A stretch of 64,000 nt of DNA from a virus (IMGVR_UViG_3300009194_000008:34859-98858); one strand, 5' to 3'; shown: positions 26,191 through 35,354, counted from the first letter of the stretch. A program made the numbers and translations. The notes: generated by a model from the letters alone, not told the origin.

Positions 26191-26976
26191 TCACGTCAGC
26201 GGAGGGAGTTTAGTGTCGTCGATCAGATGTTCTCTGAACCACTTGATCACTACGTACTTGGTGTGGGTGACTACAGGTGTAGACAGGTGGTGGGCCTTAT
26301 TGTCGGCTGTCGCAAGGGGGTAGTTAAAAAACAACAACGACCCTTTTTTTGGGTAAACGCAAATACCCAAGTGATCAAAGCAGGTACCGCCATCACCATG
26401 TGTGTCATTTAAATACATGACCATGGTACCGACCCGTTGTCCTCCATTATCAAGTGCCCGAGAACGGTTTTTTCCTTCGCCAAAGAAATCATGGTGTCCA
26501 CGGATACCTTCGTCGTAGTCGTACCGAACAAAACTACTACGTTCCGTTTTAAACCGTGGCCATAATGTAATCGCCTCAAGGCGTTCTTCAAACCTCTTCA
26601 TAATCGGACATGAACTACGTTTTAGAGCTTTCCCATATGCAGTGCGACGCTCGTCAATAACCTCATTACCTTCATGGTCTAAAAGAAAACCCATGCGTTT
26701 GAGACCGGTGTTGTATTTTTCGATGAGGGTATCGCATTCAACATCGGTTAGAAAATGATCGATAACTCTAACATGCGGGTCATCAATGGAGAGACGTACA
26801 CAACAGTCATCTGGAAGTAGGTGACGTGCACTGTTTAGGGAGTGCTCACTGATGGTTGGTGCCACACGGTACGGGGGTATCGGGTATGACATTAATAGGT
26901 ACTCTGGGTGGAGTGATGGTATTTCTATAATATTCCCTAACGGGGTATTCCTCCACCAACCCGGATAGACCCACAT
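26191..26976 (-). CDS. Prolyl-4-hydroxylase-like 2OG-Fe(II) oxygenase
   Basis: FLT..ECD.LI, RT, RY...HHDFF, R..T..MYLND...GG.T.F, P.KG..LFF, H...PV...K....KW. Confidence 0.88.
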   Translation of the reverse strand: MWVYPGWWRNTPLGNIIEIPSLHPEYLLMSYPIPPYRVAPTISEHSLNSARHLLPDDCCVRLSIDDPHVRVIDHFLTDVECDTLIEKYNTGLKRMGFLLDHEGNEVIDERRTAYGKALKRSSCPIMKRFEERLEAITLWPRFKTERSSFVRYDYDEGIRGHHDFFGEGKNRSRALDNGGQRVGTMVMYLNDTHGDGGTCFDHLGICVYPKKGSLLFFNYPLATADNKAHHLSTPVVTHTKYVVIKWFREHLIDDTKLPPLT

Positions 26977-27012
26977 AGTGGGCGGTCCTTAGACCGCCCA
27001 CCTTGTGGTGCC

Positions 27013-28299
27013 TTATTGCCACTGTGGCGGCCACACGGTTCGCCATGAACCACTAACCCGTGCCTGGAGCTGTCCATTGTAAACTCTCAGGCTGGTTTCG
27101 TCGCTGGAGTTTTTGATCACGTAACGACTATCGTGTTCATTACCCGCAATGTGGTCATTCAGTGCCTGACGAACACGCTGCGGTGTCATGAAACGGTTGC
27201 CGGCGGTACCATTCACAGCATCACTGTAAGAGGCAGTCGGGTAGTTGTCTACATTACCTAACCCCACCTGAGCTTTCGTAACGTTGTGTGGGTTGTTGGT
27301 GTTAGTGGTATGTTGCTCCAACTGCCGTCCCGCTTGGAAATCAATGGCTTGCGCGGTGCGCAGTGGGGTCATATACCGATCGTTACGATCCCCAACTTCA
27401 GCCTCGCCCTGGGATGAAAGAGTAAAATCCTCCACCCGACCAAGACCCACTTGAGTTTTCGTGACGTTATGGGGGTTGTTATAATCATCACGGTGACTAC
27501 GAAAGTCCCGACCTAGATGAAAATCAACCCCGTGGACCAAACCCTCTACGGTTATAAAGCGGTTATTCGCGGTTCCTGTTTCAACTTCCAGTAACGTTGC
27601 GGTAGGGTAGTTATTCACTGAACCCAAACCCACCTGGGCTTTCGTGACGTTATGGGGGTTCGTTGAGTTGGCTTTGTGGTCCTGGAACCGACCATCGAGA
27701 GCATCGGTATAGTCCTTCCCAACGTCGAGCAGTTCCCGGGCGTACGCCCGTACTTCGTCATGAATTGACTGATCACCCACCACAATCGCTTGGACAACGC
27801 GTTCTAACTGGATGACCAGATACTCAAATCCATACAACTCCCATAGCGCATGTAGATGCCCTCCTGGGGGGTATTCCGATGGCTTACCAATGATCTCGGC
27901 CCATTCAACTGGTCGATCATCATCTTTCAGGGTTTGAAGTACCTGCTCCAGCGCGGCTGTTGAAATTGCAAAGTCACCACCCACCGCCTGGTAGTCGACG
28001 GTGACTTCTGAGGTAACATTGGGGTCAATAACAACCAATGTACCACAAACTTCCAGACCGCTGCGGGTAGTAGCATCCTCGTATAGGTAGGTGGCAATGT
28101 AATGGACATCGGGTTTTAACCGAAGGCCCGAAGAATCCCTAAGGACCAAGGACTCGGTATAAAACGCGCCATTGTTAGGAACAAATACACGCATGCCATC
28201 ACGTGAGTTTTCCACCAGGGTATGGCGTTCCCCAATGACCAGATTGTCTGGATTTCGTCCAGTCAGGTCCAACGGATACTTACGAATTAACGGGGTCAT
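27013..28299 (-). CDS. Tail fibre protein with NPH.VTK.QVGLG repeats
   Basis: YPLDLTG..PDNLV..E.H N-terminus (phiKZ-like); three NPHNVTKAQVGLG.V.NY-type repeats; C-terminal WRTVWP. Confidence 0.8.
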   Translation of the reverse strand: MTPLIRKYPLDLTGRNPDNLVIGERHTLVENSRDGMRVFVPNNGAFYTESLVLRDSSGLRLKPDVHYIATYLYEDATTRSGLEVCGTLVVIDPNVTSEVTVDYQAVGGDFAISTAALEQVLQTLKDDDRPVEWAEIIGKPSEYPPGGHLHALWELYGFEYLVIQLERVVQAIVVGDQSIHDEVRAYARELLDVGKDYTDALDGRFQDHKANSTNPHNVTKAQVGLGSVNNYPTATLLEVETGTANNRFITVEGLVHGVDFHLGRDFRSHRDDYNNPHNVTKTQVGLGRVEDFTLSSQGEAEVGDRNDRYMTPLRTAQAIDFQAGRQLEQHTTNTNNPHNVTKAQVGLGNVDNYPTASYSDAVNGTAGNRFMTPQRVRQALNDHIAGNEHDSRYVIKNSSDETSLRVYNGQLQARVSGSWRTVWPPQWQ

Positions 28300-28317
28300 C
28301 GATTACTCCACTTATCA

Positions 28318-30372
28318 TTAGGCCAGTAGTGCTGTTGTTGCATCACCAAATACGGTATCCAGTTCCGATACGACATCGGTCATTTGTTGGTCAATATCGG
28401 AAAACTCGGCATCATACAGTCCAGTCACCGTAACCATAGTTGGTGAGTCCAATGTGTCGGCGGAGACAATCGCTGTAGGGTCTTCGAGCTCAGTATTGTA
28501 CAACTCGGCGATCGGAATGAGGTTAATGTTCTCAATCACACCTGCGGGTTGTATCCAAAGTTCCTGGCCGTTTTCCACATTCATGGTGGTGGCAATATTC
28601 AAATCAAACTCACCGCCATTTAGAATCGTGGCACTTGCAGGAGTTCCTGGCTCACCCATATGGATTTGAAGAATAGCATCTCGACCATTAACGTGTCGAC
28701 CGGTTAACAAGAACGACGCATTACCGGATTCGATTACCGAGTTGTCGTCTGCAAGTTGTTGCGGGCGAGTCAGTAGACGGATATACTGCGTCCCAGTTGC
28801 GTTATTGACATCAAATGAGAGGAAACGGACGAAATTGTCAGTCAATGGTCCGACAATAAGGTCAGGTACTGTTAAGCCACCCACCCTATCACTGTCAAAC
28901 GCAGTTCCAGTAAGGATGTCGGCCGCTAAATCGGGTTTAAGCAAACCAAACACACGACTTGCGTCATAAGCGACACCGTCTGTGGGCAGAAGTCCAGTGG
29001 TTATGGAGTCGATCTCCGCAATGGTGTATGCCCCTACCTGTTCCGCCGATACCTGGTGTGGGTTTTCAAAATCGTTAACATGACTTTCCAGAACCGTCCC
29101 AGTTACCGCTGCGATGGCCTCTTTTGTTGTCATCGGGGTCATGTAAAGGTCATCGCGCTCACCGGCAATTGCTTCGGAGTTGGTCGCGATAGAAAAGTTC
29201 TGTACGTTACCCAACCCGATTTGGAATTTATCCACATCGTGAGGGTTGTTAATGTCAGCAGCGTGCTGACCTAACGGAATGAGTGCTAAAACATCAATCG
29301 CCTCTGCTGTGCGCAGTGGGGTCATATACCGATCATTACGATCCCCGGCGAACGCTTCGCTTTGAACAGCGATGGGGTAGTTTTCTACTTCACCAAGGCC
29401 AATAACTTCTTTGGTCACTCCAGTGGGGTTAGTGGGATCACCACTCAAAACAGGGGCAAGACGGTCGATATAAAACTGATCAAGCGCCTGACCTACCCCA
29501 CGCGGTGACATATACCGAGTCGTCAATGACGCTTCGCGGGCTTCAACATCATCAGCGAAAAGATAGTTTTCAATGTTCCCCAGTCCCACCTGAAACTTAG
29601 TTACGGCGTGGGGATTGCTGGTGTCGGCGAGGTGCGTATTGAGTGGTTGAACCGCGTGCTCGTCTACCGTTGCCCGAACGTTGCTCGGCGACATATAGCG
29701 GTCACTACGTAACCCCGCCCGCGCTTCAGCTTCATCGGCGAAGATGTAGTTATTTACATTATCCAAACCCACTTGGGCTTTTGTGACGTTGTGTGGGTTG
29801 AGTCGATCATCCATATGTTGAGAGAAACGCCCTGACTCACTCTCAGAAATCGCGTCAACAACGTTACCAATCGAATCAACAATGTCTTGGAACCCAATAA
29901 GGTCATCCACCCGCTGTTCATGTGGGATTGGGGGGAACATCTCAGGGATAGTGTCAATCTGAGCCCAACCACGAGTTAACGGGTTAACCACTTTATTAGA
30001 GAGTTCTTCAAGAATCGCTTGATCATCGAACCCCCACTGTCCCCCAACTGTCTGGTATGTTAAGGAAACCACTCCCCCGATGTCGCGGTTCAGGAACCGA
30101 ATCGATCCAGCAATCGAACGTCCAGTTTGGGTCATTGCCTCCACAAACCAGTGGCCAACCACATAATCACGTCCTTCAACGTAAACCTCACCGGTGGTGT
30201 CGTTACGCACCACCATGGACTTAACAAAGAACGGGGCCGCTTTCGGAATCAGAAAATAGAAATCATCACGACCGGGCGTCTGTAGTGCCTGTAGTTCATT
30301 AAGCACCAAACACTCGGGATTGTTGCCGTACGGGTCAAAGGGGTAAAGACCGGTGGTGCTATGAGTAGCCAT
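28318..30372 (-). CDS. Tail fibre protein with NPH.VTK.QVGLG repeats
   Basis: YPFDPYG..P N-terminus paralogous to 27013-28299; five ~60-aa NP...V...Q.G repeats, the last degenerate. Confidence 0.8.
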   Translation of the reverse strand: MATHSTTGLYPFDPYGNNPECLVLNELQALQTPGRDDFYFLIPKAAPFFVKSMVVRNDTTGEVYVEGRDYVVGHWFVEAMTQTGRSIAGSIRFLNRDIGGVVSLTYQTVGGQWGFDDQAILEELSNKVVNPLTRGWAQIDTIPEMFPPIPHEQRVDDLIGFQDIVDSIGNVVDAISESESGRFSQHMDDRLNPHNVTKAQVGLDNVNNYIFADEAEARAGLRSDRYMSPSNVRATVDEHAVQPLNTHLADTSNPHAVTKFQVGLGNIENYLFADDVEAREASLTTRYMSPRGVGQALDQFYIDRLAPVLSGDPTNPTGVTKEVIGLGEVENYPIAVQSEAFAGDRNDRYMTPLRTAEAIDVLALIPLGQHAADINNPHDVDKFQIGLGNVQNFSIATNSEAIAGERDDLYMTPMTTKEAIAAVTGTVLESHVNDFENPHQVSAEQVGAYTIAEIDSITTGLLPTDGVAYDASRVFGLLKPDLAADILTGTAFDSDRVGGLTVPDLIVGPLTDNFVRFLSFDVNNATGTQYIRLLTRPQQLADDNSVIESGNASFLLTGRHVNGRDAILQIHMGEPGTPASATILNGGEFDLNIATTMNVENGQELWIQPAGVIENINLIPIAELYNTELEDPTAIVSADTLDSPTMVTVTGLYDAEFSDIDQQMTDVVSELDTVFGDATTALLA

Positions 30373-30432
30373 GGCTTTTTGTCCTCATTTGGATGAACAA
30401 ACGGCGAAAGGCCGCATCATCATGTGAATCAT

Positions 30433-30445
30433 CATACCATTGTCA
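30433..30445 (-). promoter_or_regulatory. Putative late promoter TGACAATGGTATG
   Basis: Exact copy of 12592-12604; 60 nt upstream of the 30372 start. Confidence 0.55.
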
Positions 30446-30467
30446 GATTTTTCTTCGGGGAGGTAGC

Positions 30468-31715
30468 ATGTACGAACTGATTACTGCGTACTCACGTAAA
30501 GACCGGCGTAATGGCCGTTGGGTGGAAGTGGATGTCACTGACGAACCCGTCAAATTCCTGTATCAGACCTTTGGTGATGTTTGGTTCATCATCACCTATC
30601 CATCACTGGACGGTGTTAAGGGGTTACGTCTTGACGATGTCCAGAACCTACTCAACCCACTTGGTCCACTTACATCAGTTAGTGAATGGCTCATTTCGGT
30701 TGGAAATACCACGTTACCATTCACTGACGACTTTCCAGAATTTACCACAGGTTATGTGAAATACGCAAATGCTTGGCATGCGGGGTACCAACTTGAACCG
30801 ATATCCCGCATTGGTACAGTGGAGCAGGGTGGTAGTAAATGGGATAAGGAGGACCTGTTAATTAGTCGCTCGGATATTGACCCCGAGTATTTGGTACGGA
30901 ATGTCTTGTTTAGTGTCAACGGTTTGTTTCATGTTGCTGAATACGGTCCTGAAGGAGTCCATATCCATAATGGAAACCGGAGCCTGAGAAAGGCCAATGA
31001 TAACCAGGTCGGTATTCATTCATTTGCTGAAGTCGGGACAGTTAGTTATATCCCAATTACCGATGACATGATCACAGCACAGCATACTGGAGCACCGCTC
31101 AACAAAGGCGTCTACGTCACACTGCCGGAAAATACCGACATGGATGGGAAAACGTTCCTGGTTGTACTTGGGGGCTACCTGCAAGTGTTGGGAAAAACGT
31201 ACACTCGTGTGGGTGAGCGTACTTATCGGATTGAGTTACCGAACCTAATGTTGCTCGAGCGGTTTTACGACAGCTGGGACGATATGGACCTTGATACCGA
31301 GTTAGGCCTTACAAAATATGAGGTCAATAACTCAATGGTTAGCGTCTTTGAATTTTTCAAAGATGAAACTATTCGACGTTATCTAACCCTTTCACAATCG
31401 TTCTTCGTTGCGGTTGATGCTGATACGTTCTTTCATGAATTAGTCGCGTTAGAAACAACTAAACTCCCATCCCGTTATTACGATAGTGAAGTAACCCAAT
31501 ACCCACTTATTGGGGCATATGGACGGATGTTGGAATACCACCCGATTGTTGAAGACGGCGTTACGGTGTTATGTACCACACGCAACGTCCGACACCGGTA
31601 TGATTTCCACCGCCGCAAATGGAGGGATTCTACAGCGGTAGACGATGGTCGTTATCCAGCCCACTCTTTTGATCACACTAATGCATACTACCGTATCATG
31701 GGAACTCAGCATTGA
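30468..31715 (+). CDS. phiKZ-like virion structural protein
   Basis: GGGAGG RBS before ATG 30468; LFSVNG.FH, LGGYL, YLTLSQSF motifs recalled from jumbo-phage structural proteins. Confidence 0.6.
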   Translation: MYELITAYSRKDRRNGRWVEVDVTDEPVKFLYQTFGDVWFIITYPSLDGVKGLRLDDVQNLLNPLGPLTSVSEWLISVGNTTLPFTDDFPEFTTGYVKYANAWHAGYQLEPISRIGTVEQGGSKWDKEDLLISRSDIDPEYLVRNVLFSVNGLFHVAEYGPEGVHIHNGNRSLRKANDNQVGIHSFAEVGTVSYIPITDDMITAQHTGAPLNKGVYVTLPENTDMDGKTFLVVLGGYLQVLGKTYTRVGERTYRIELPNLMLLERFYDSWDDMDLDTELGLTKYEVNNSMVSVFEFFKDETIRRYLTLSQSFFVAVDADTFFHELVALETTKLPSRYYDSEVTQYPLIGAYGRMLEYHPIVEDGVTVLCTTRNVRHRYDFHRRKWRDSTAVDDGRYPAHSFDHTNAYYRIMGTQH

Positions 31716-31717
31716 GC

Positions 31718-31757
31718 GCATAAAACCCTCCCCGTGTTGGGGAGGGACATTTATGTC
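31718..31757. terminator. Conserved bidirectional hairpin element
   Basis: GCATAA-CCCTCCCC-gtgtt-GGGGAGGG-TTATGTC between convergent genes. Confidence 0.7.
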
Positions 31758-31758
31758 A

Positions 31759-31926
31759 TCAATAGTAAAACATCCACCATAACACGCCGCAGGAGGTAAC
31801 TAGCGGGAACGCTATCATGACCCGCAAGATCCGCCGTTCAATCCGACGGAGATCACGGTTACGGTGCTGCATTTCTCGGTGTATTGCTAACCATTCATTA
31901 TCGTCTACCGAAGTACCCGTTACCAT
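31759..31926 (-). CDS. 55-aa small membrane protein not in ORF track
   Basis: MVTGTSVDDNEWLAIHREMQHRNRDLRRIERRILRVMIAFPLVTSCGVLWWMFYY; ATG overlaps the end of the dUTPase gene; stop abuts the hairpin. Confidence 0.5.
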   Translation of the reverse strand: MVTGTSVDDNEWLAIHREMQHRNRDLRRIERRILRVMIAFPLVTSCGVLWWMFYY

Positions 31927-32852
31927 TTACCACTACTCCCAAAACCGTTAAGGCCGCGTTCAGTTTCTTCGTCAAACTCATCCACCATGACCAACTTAAG
32001 CGGGAGTCGCTCAATGGCAAAATACTGCGCTACCCGCTCACCGGGTTCAATATCAATAGGATTATTCCCCCGGTTCCACATGCAGAGTTTGATCTCGTTC
32101 TGGTAGTCTGAGTCAATGATACCGACAAGGTTACCCAGGACCAATCCTTCCATGCCCCGCCCACTACGCGGTACAGCAATCCCCACAAAGTTTGGCTGGC
32201 GTAACCAAATGGCTAGTCCGGTCGACACCATGGCTTGATCGCCAGGATACAGCGTAAGGGTTGTCCCGCCCACGTAGCGAAGATCGATACCCGCAGAACC
32301 CGACGTTGCCGCCTTCAGATAACGGTGTTGTATAGCATCGATAAAGGCGTCACCCAGTCCTTCCCACACCTCAGGAACAAAGCGTGATTGAACCGGACAG
32401 CTGATCTCGTTCACCACATGCCCGACATTGCGGGCTTCGCCATCAGTTGCATTAATGATAGATTGTGCATCTTCCATGGTGAATTCACCTTCAGTGGGAG
32501 TAGTCTCGGACATGACGGGTTCCTCTTTCTCTGGTGGGGTTGGGTAGTAAATGACAGGGCGGTTGGTTGATAGATTGATCACATAACGTTTGCTGTCGTG
32601 ACAAGCCCCCGGAGGAAGCTCGACCACATCGTTCTTTTCAATAATGAAATGGATGCGATCCTGTTTCTCTTCGGGGAGACTGTCGGTAAAGTAGCGATGG
32701 ACTCGATCCCGCATTGCTTCAGTGTCCACTTGGATGTATACCTCGACATCCTCGTTTTTCACCAACACGGCTGTCTCAAATAACACCTGGGCAGTCTTTC
32801 CTACCCGACGACCCGTGGTGTAGGTCACCGGAGATTTCGATAACGGTTCCAT
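31920..32852 (-). CDS. dut: Trimeric dUTPase with long N-terminal extension
   Basis: AGIDL, PRSG, GIIDSDY, GERVAQ, RG..GFGSSG motifs in the C-terminal half. Confidence 0.9.
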   Translation of the reverse strand: MEPLSKSPVTYTTGRRVGKTAQVLFETAVLVKNEDVEVYIQVDTEAMRDRVHRYFTDSLPEEKQDRIHFIIEKNDVVELPPGACHDSKRYVINLSTNRPVIYYPTPPEKEEPVMSETTPTEGEFTMEDAQSIINATDGEARNVGHVVNEISCPVQSRFVPEVWEGLGDAFIDAIQHRYLKAATSGSAGIDLRYVGGTTLTLYPGDQAMVSTGLAIWLRQPNFVGIAVPRSGRGMEGLVLGNLVGIIDSDYQNEIKLCMWNRGNNPIDIEPGERVAQYFAIERLPLKLVMVDEFDEETERGLNGFGSSGKW

Positions 32853-32861
32853 AGGTGCCTC

Positions 32862-35354
32862 TTAGCTGAGTTTGACGTGTTGGTTGTAGTCTTGTGGGAC
32901 CGATACGTTGCGTGGGTCGAGCACCATCACTTCGGCTTGGTTGAACGCCCCATGTGTGGTCACGTAGTGGCTGATGAAAAACACTTGGTCGATCTGGTTC
33001 AATTCCAACATCTGGTTGATGAACGGAATCAGATTCTGCCGGTGTTGTTCATCAAAGGTACTGCCGAACTCATCTAGGTATAACGGCATGTCTTCCAGAC
33101 CCATGAACTTCATGACCAGGAGCTTGAAGGCGAAGTCCACAATGTCCCGCTGGGAGGCTGAACCACGTGAGATGTCGGGAGCGGTCACCGCACCATTATT
33201 GACATCCAGTGGGAACTTGTAGTCCAACTCATCTTTCTCGACCTGTGAGGGCAGAACCTCCATGGGGTAGGTCCAGATTTCAGCGATGACGGCGTTGACC
33301 ATCTTGACCACGTTTTGCATGAACCCCATCAGGTAACGACCGATCAGGCCGTCAGTGGGAGCCAAGGCTTTGACCAGAATCCCATAGTCCTTGTGGGCTT
33401 GGGTGGCTTCATCGTGCTGTTGTTGCAGGTCGTTCAGTACCCCTTCACGCAATTCGATCTTGGACAAGGTCTCCTGTGTCTGCGCCAGCTGCATCTGGGT
33501 GGCTTGAGTTTCATCGACCACGGCCTTTTGGAACAGATAGTCACGCTGCTTGTCCAGATCAGCAAAGAACGCCTCCAGCTCCCCACTGGCTTCCCGAAGC
33601 AGGCGCTCATAGTCGTAGAGGGTTTGTTGTGCCTGTTCCATTGACTTGATCCGCCGGTGGCGATGACGCAGTTCTTGGGTCTCCTTATCAATTTCGGTTT
33701 CCAAGTTCTTACGCCGTTGGTCCTGTTGCGTCAGTGCTTGCTTGTCAATTGCTTCGACATACCGCAAACGATGCGCTAAGGTATCGCGATCCTGCACCGC
33801 GTGTTGCCAGGCCACCTGTGTTTGCATGGCCTCATACCACGCGATGGCCGCACTGGTGTAGTTTCGTGGCTGACGAAACATCACCTTCTCTTCAACACAG
33901 ACATCCCACAGTGGCTTGAACAGAACCGATTCATTCACCAACCGCCGGAAGCGGCGTACGTAACCAACGTAGTCCTCATAATCATCCAAATACTGCTTGT
34001 CTTCCGCGATCTGTTTGTCCAGTTGTTCGATCGCCGCGGTCATCTTTTCCTTGGTGGCCTCCAAGCCTTTGATGTCTCGCTCGGAAACACCCGGTTGGAA
34101 CTCATGATCGCATTTCGGGCACTGGACGCTCTCACAGCCCTTTAAGCGCGCCAGGCGGGTCAGTAGTCCATTTAGCTGCCCATCGAGCTTCTGGCGCTCC
34201 CCTGTGGCCTTCTGATAGCGTTCCTGTGTCGCTTTACCTTTGTCTTGGGTAAAATACCCTTCCGTGTTCTCCGGGAAGGTCTGCAACAGGGTTTGCCATT
34301 CATCGAACACTGACGTTAAGAGTTTTGTTGGTTGACGATCCAACGGTAATTCGATTAACGGGAAATGACCTTGATACCGACGAAGGTCCTGGGCCAGCGA
34401 TTCCACGTCGCGGTTCTTTTGCTCGACCTCTTGACGTAGACGGGCAATGTCCTCTTCGCTGAGGCTGTCGTCACGGGACGGTGCTTGTTGCAAAAGCTGT
34501 TGATGTTCTTCCTGCATGCGTTCCAATACGGCATGGCGGCGCTGGTATTCCGTATTGGCGTCATGAATCGCCTGTGTCAGTCCCTCAGCGGACGATACAC
34601 CCCACTCCGGGGGTAGGGTCGGTTGCTTGGCTAACAGGCGTTTAGCACGGTCTGTGCGCGTCCTCAGCTGCTCTTCCAGGTCCCGCTGGCCCGTGAAGGG
34701 TGAATGAGCATCCGACTTACGATGCGTGTAAAGCTCATCCAGTTTATCGGTAAGCTGTTTGACATGTTGGCGGTACCGTGATACCTCGCCATCGTCAGGT
34801 AGGTCTTGGTTTTCACGCCCCATGCGTTTGGTGATGTGCTTGATGACCCCCAGCTGGTCACGATGGAGGCTACGGACCTTGTTATACATGTTAAAGGCAT
34901 AGCGCATATCCACCGGGGTAAGCTTGGTGAGCCACTCACGCCGTTTGGCCGTGGACAAGCCAGTGAACGGAGTCAACCCAATCAGCAACTCATGGATCTC
35001 ACGGGTCAGACCAAAATGCTCTTCCACCAGGTCCTTCTGAACGGCCATGGTGCCGCCTTCGTTCAACTCTACTCCATCACGGATGAACGAATGATGACCA
35101 CTACCGCGTTGGTAATGTGAATCCAGGTTATAAGTGACGCCGCGGTGAACCGCAGCAAAGGTCTTACGTCCCCCTTTGGCGAAATTGCTATGGTGGGCCG
35201 GTAGGGGTGTCATCTCTTCCAGCACCGACGACTTACCTGAGCCGTTACTGCCGATAATCAACTGCATGTTGTTGCGGGGGTTGTACTCAAACCGCTGGAT
35301 ATCCGACAACATCAACCGTTTGTACTTCTCTAACACTAGCTGGGTGATGCGCAT
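32862..35354 (-). CDS. sbcC: SbcC/Rad50-like SMC ATPase
   Basis: Walker A GSNGSGKS, coiled coils, CPKC zinc hook, Walker B LYLDEFG, ISH. Confidence 0.9.
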   Translation of the reverse strand: MRITQLVLEKYKRLMLSDIQRFEYNPRNNMQLIIGSNGSGKSSVLEEMTPLPAHHSNFAKGGRKTFAAVHRGVTYNLDSHYQRGSGHHSFIRDGVELNEGGTMAVQKDLVEEHFGLTREIHELLIGLTPFTGLSTAKRREWLTKLTPVDMRYAFNMYNKVRSLHRDQLGVIKHITKRMGRENQDLPDDGEVSRYRQHVKQLTDKLDELYTHRKSDAHSPFTGQRDLEEQLRTRTDRAKRLLAKQPTLPPEWGVSSAEGLTQAIHDANTEYQRRHAVLERMQEEHQQLLQQAPSRDDSLSEEDIARLRQEVEQKNRDVESLAQDLRRYQGHFPLIELPLDRQPTKLLTSVFDEWQTLLQTFPENTEGYFTQDKGKATQERYQKATGERQKLDGQLNGLLTRLARLKGCESVQCPKCDHEFQPGVSERDIKGLEATKEKMTAAIEQLDKQIAEDKQYLDDYEDYVGYVRRFRRLVNESVLFKPLWDVCVEEKVMFRQPRNYTSAAIAWYEAMQTQVAWQHAVQDRDTLAHRLRYVEAIDKQALTQQDQRRKNLETEIDKETQELRHRHRRIKSMEQAQQTLYDYERLLREASGELEAFFADLDKQRDYLFQKAVVDETQATQMQLAQTQETLSKIELREGVLNDLQQQHDEATQAHKDYGILVKALAPTDGLIGRYLMGFMQNVVKMVNAVIAEIWTYPMEVLPSQVEKDELDYKFPLDVNNGAVTAPDISRGSASQRDIVDFAFKLLVMKFMGLEDMPLYLDEFGSTFDEQHRQNLIPFINQMLELNQIDQVFFISHYVTTHGAFNQAEVMVLDPRNVSVPQDYNQHVKLS

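Noticed and set aside
20617-26976. DNA base-modification (e.g. 7-deazaguanine) or anaerobic RNR activase interpretation of the rSAM genes
   Set aside because: Both enzymes have C-terminal SPASM cysteine clusters, no QueC/QueD/FolE/DpdA or NrdD neighbours are present, and a Cys/His-repeat candidate substrate is adjacent; disfavoured but not formally excluded
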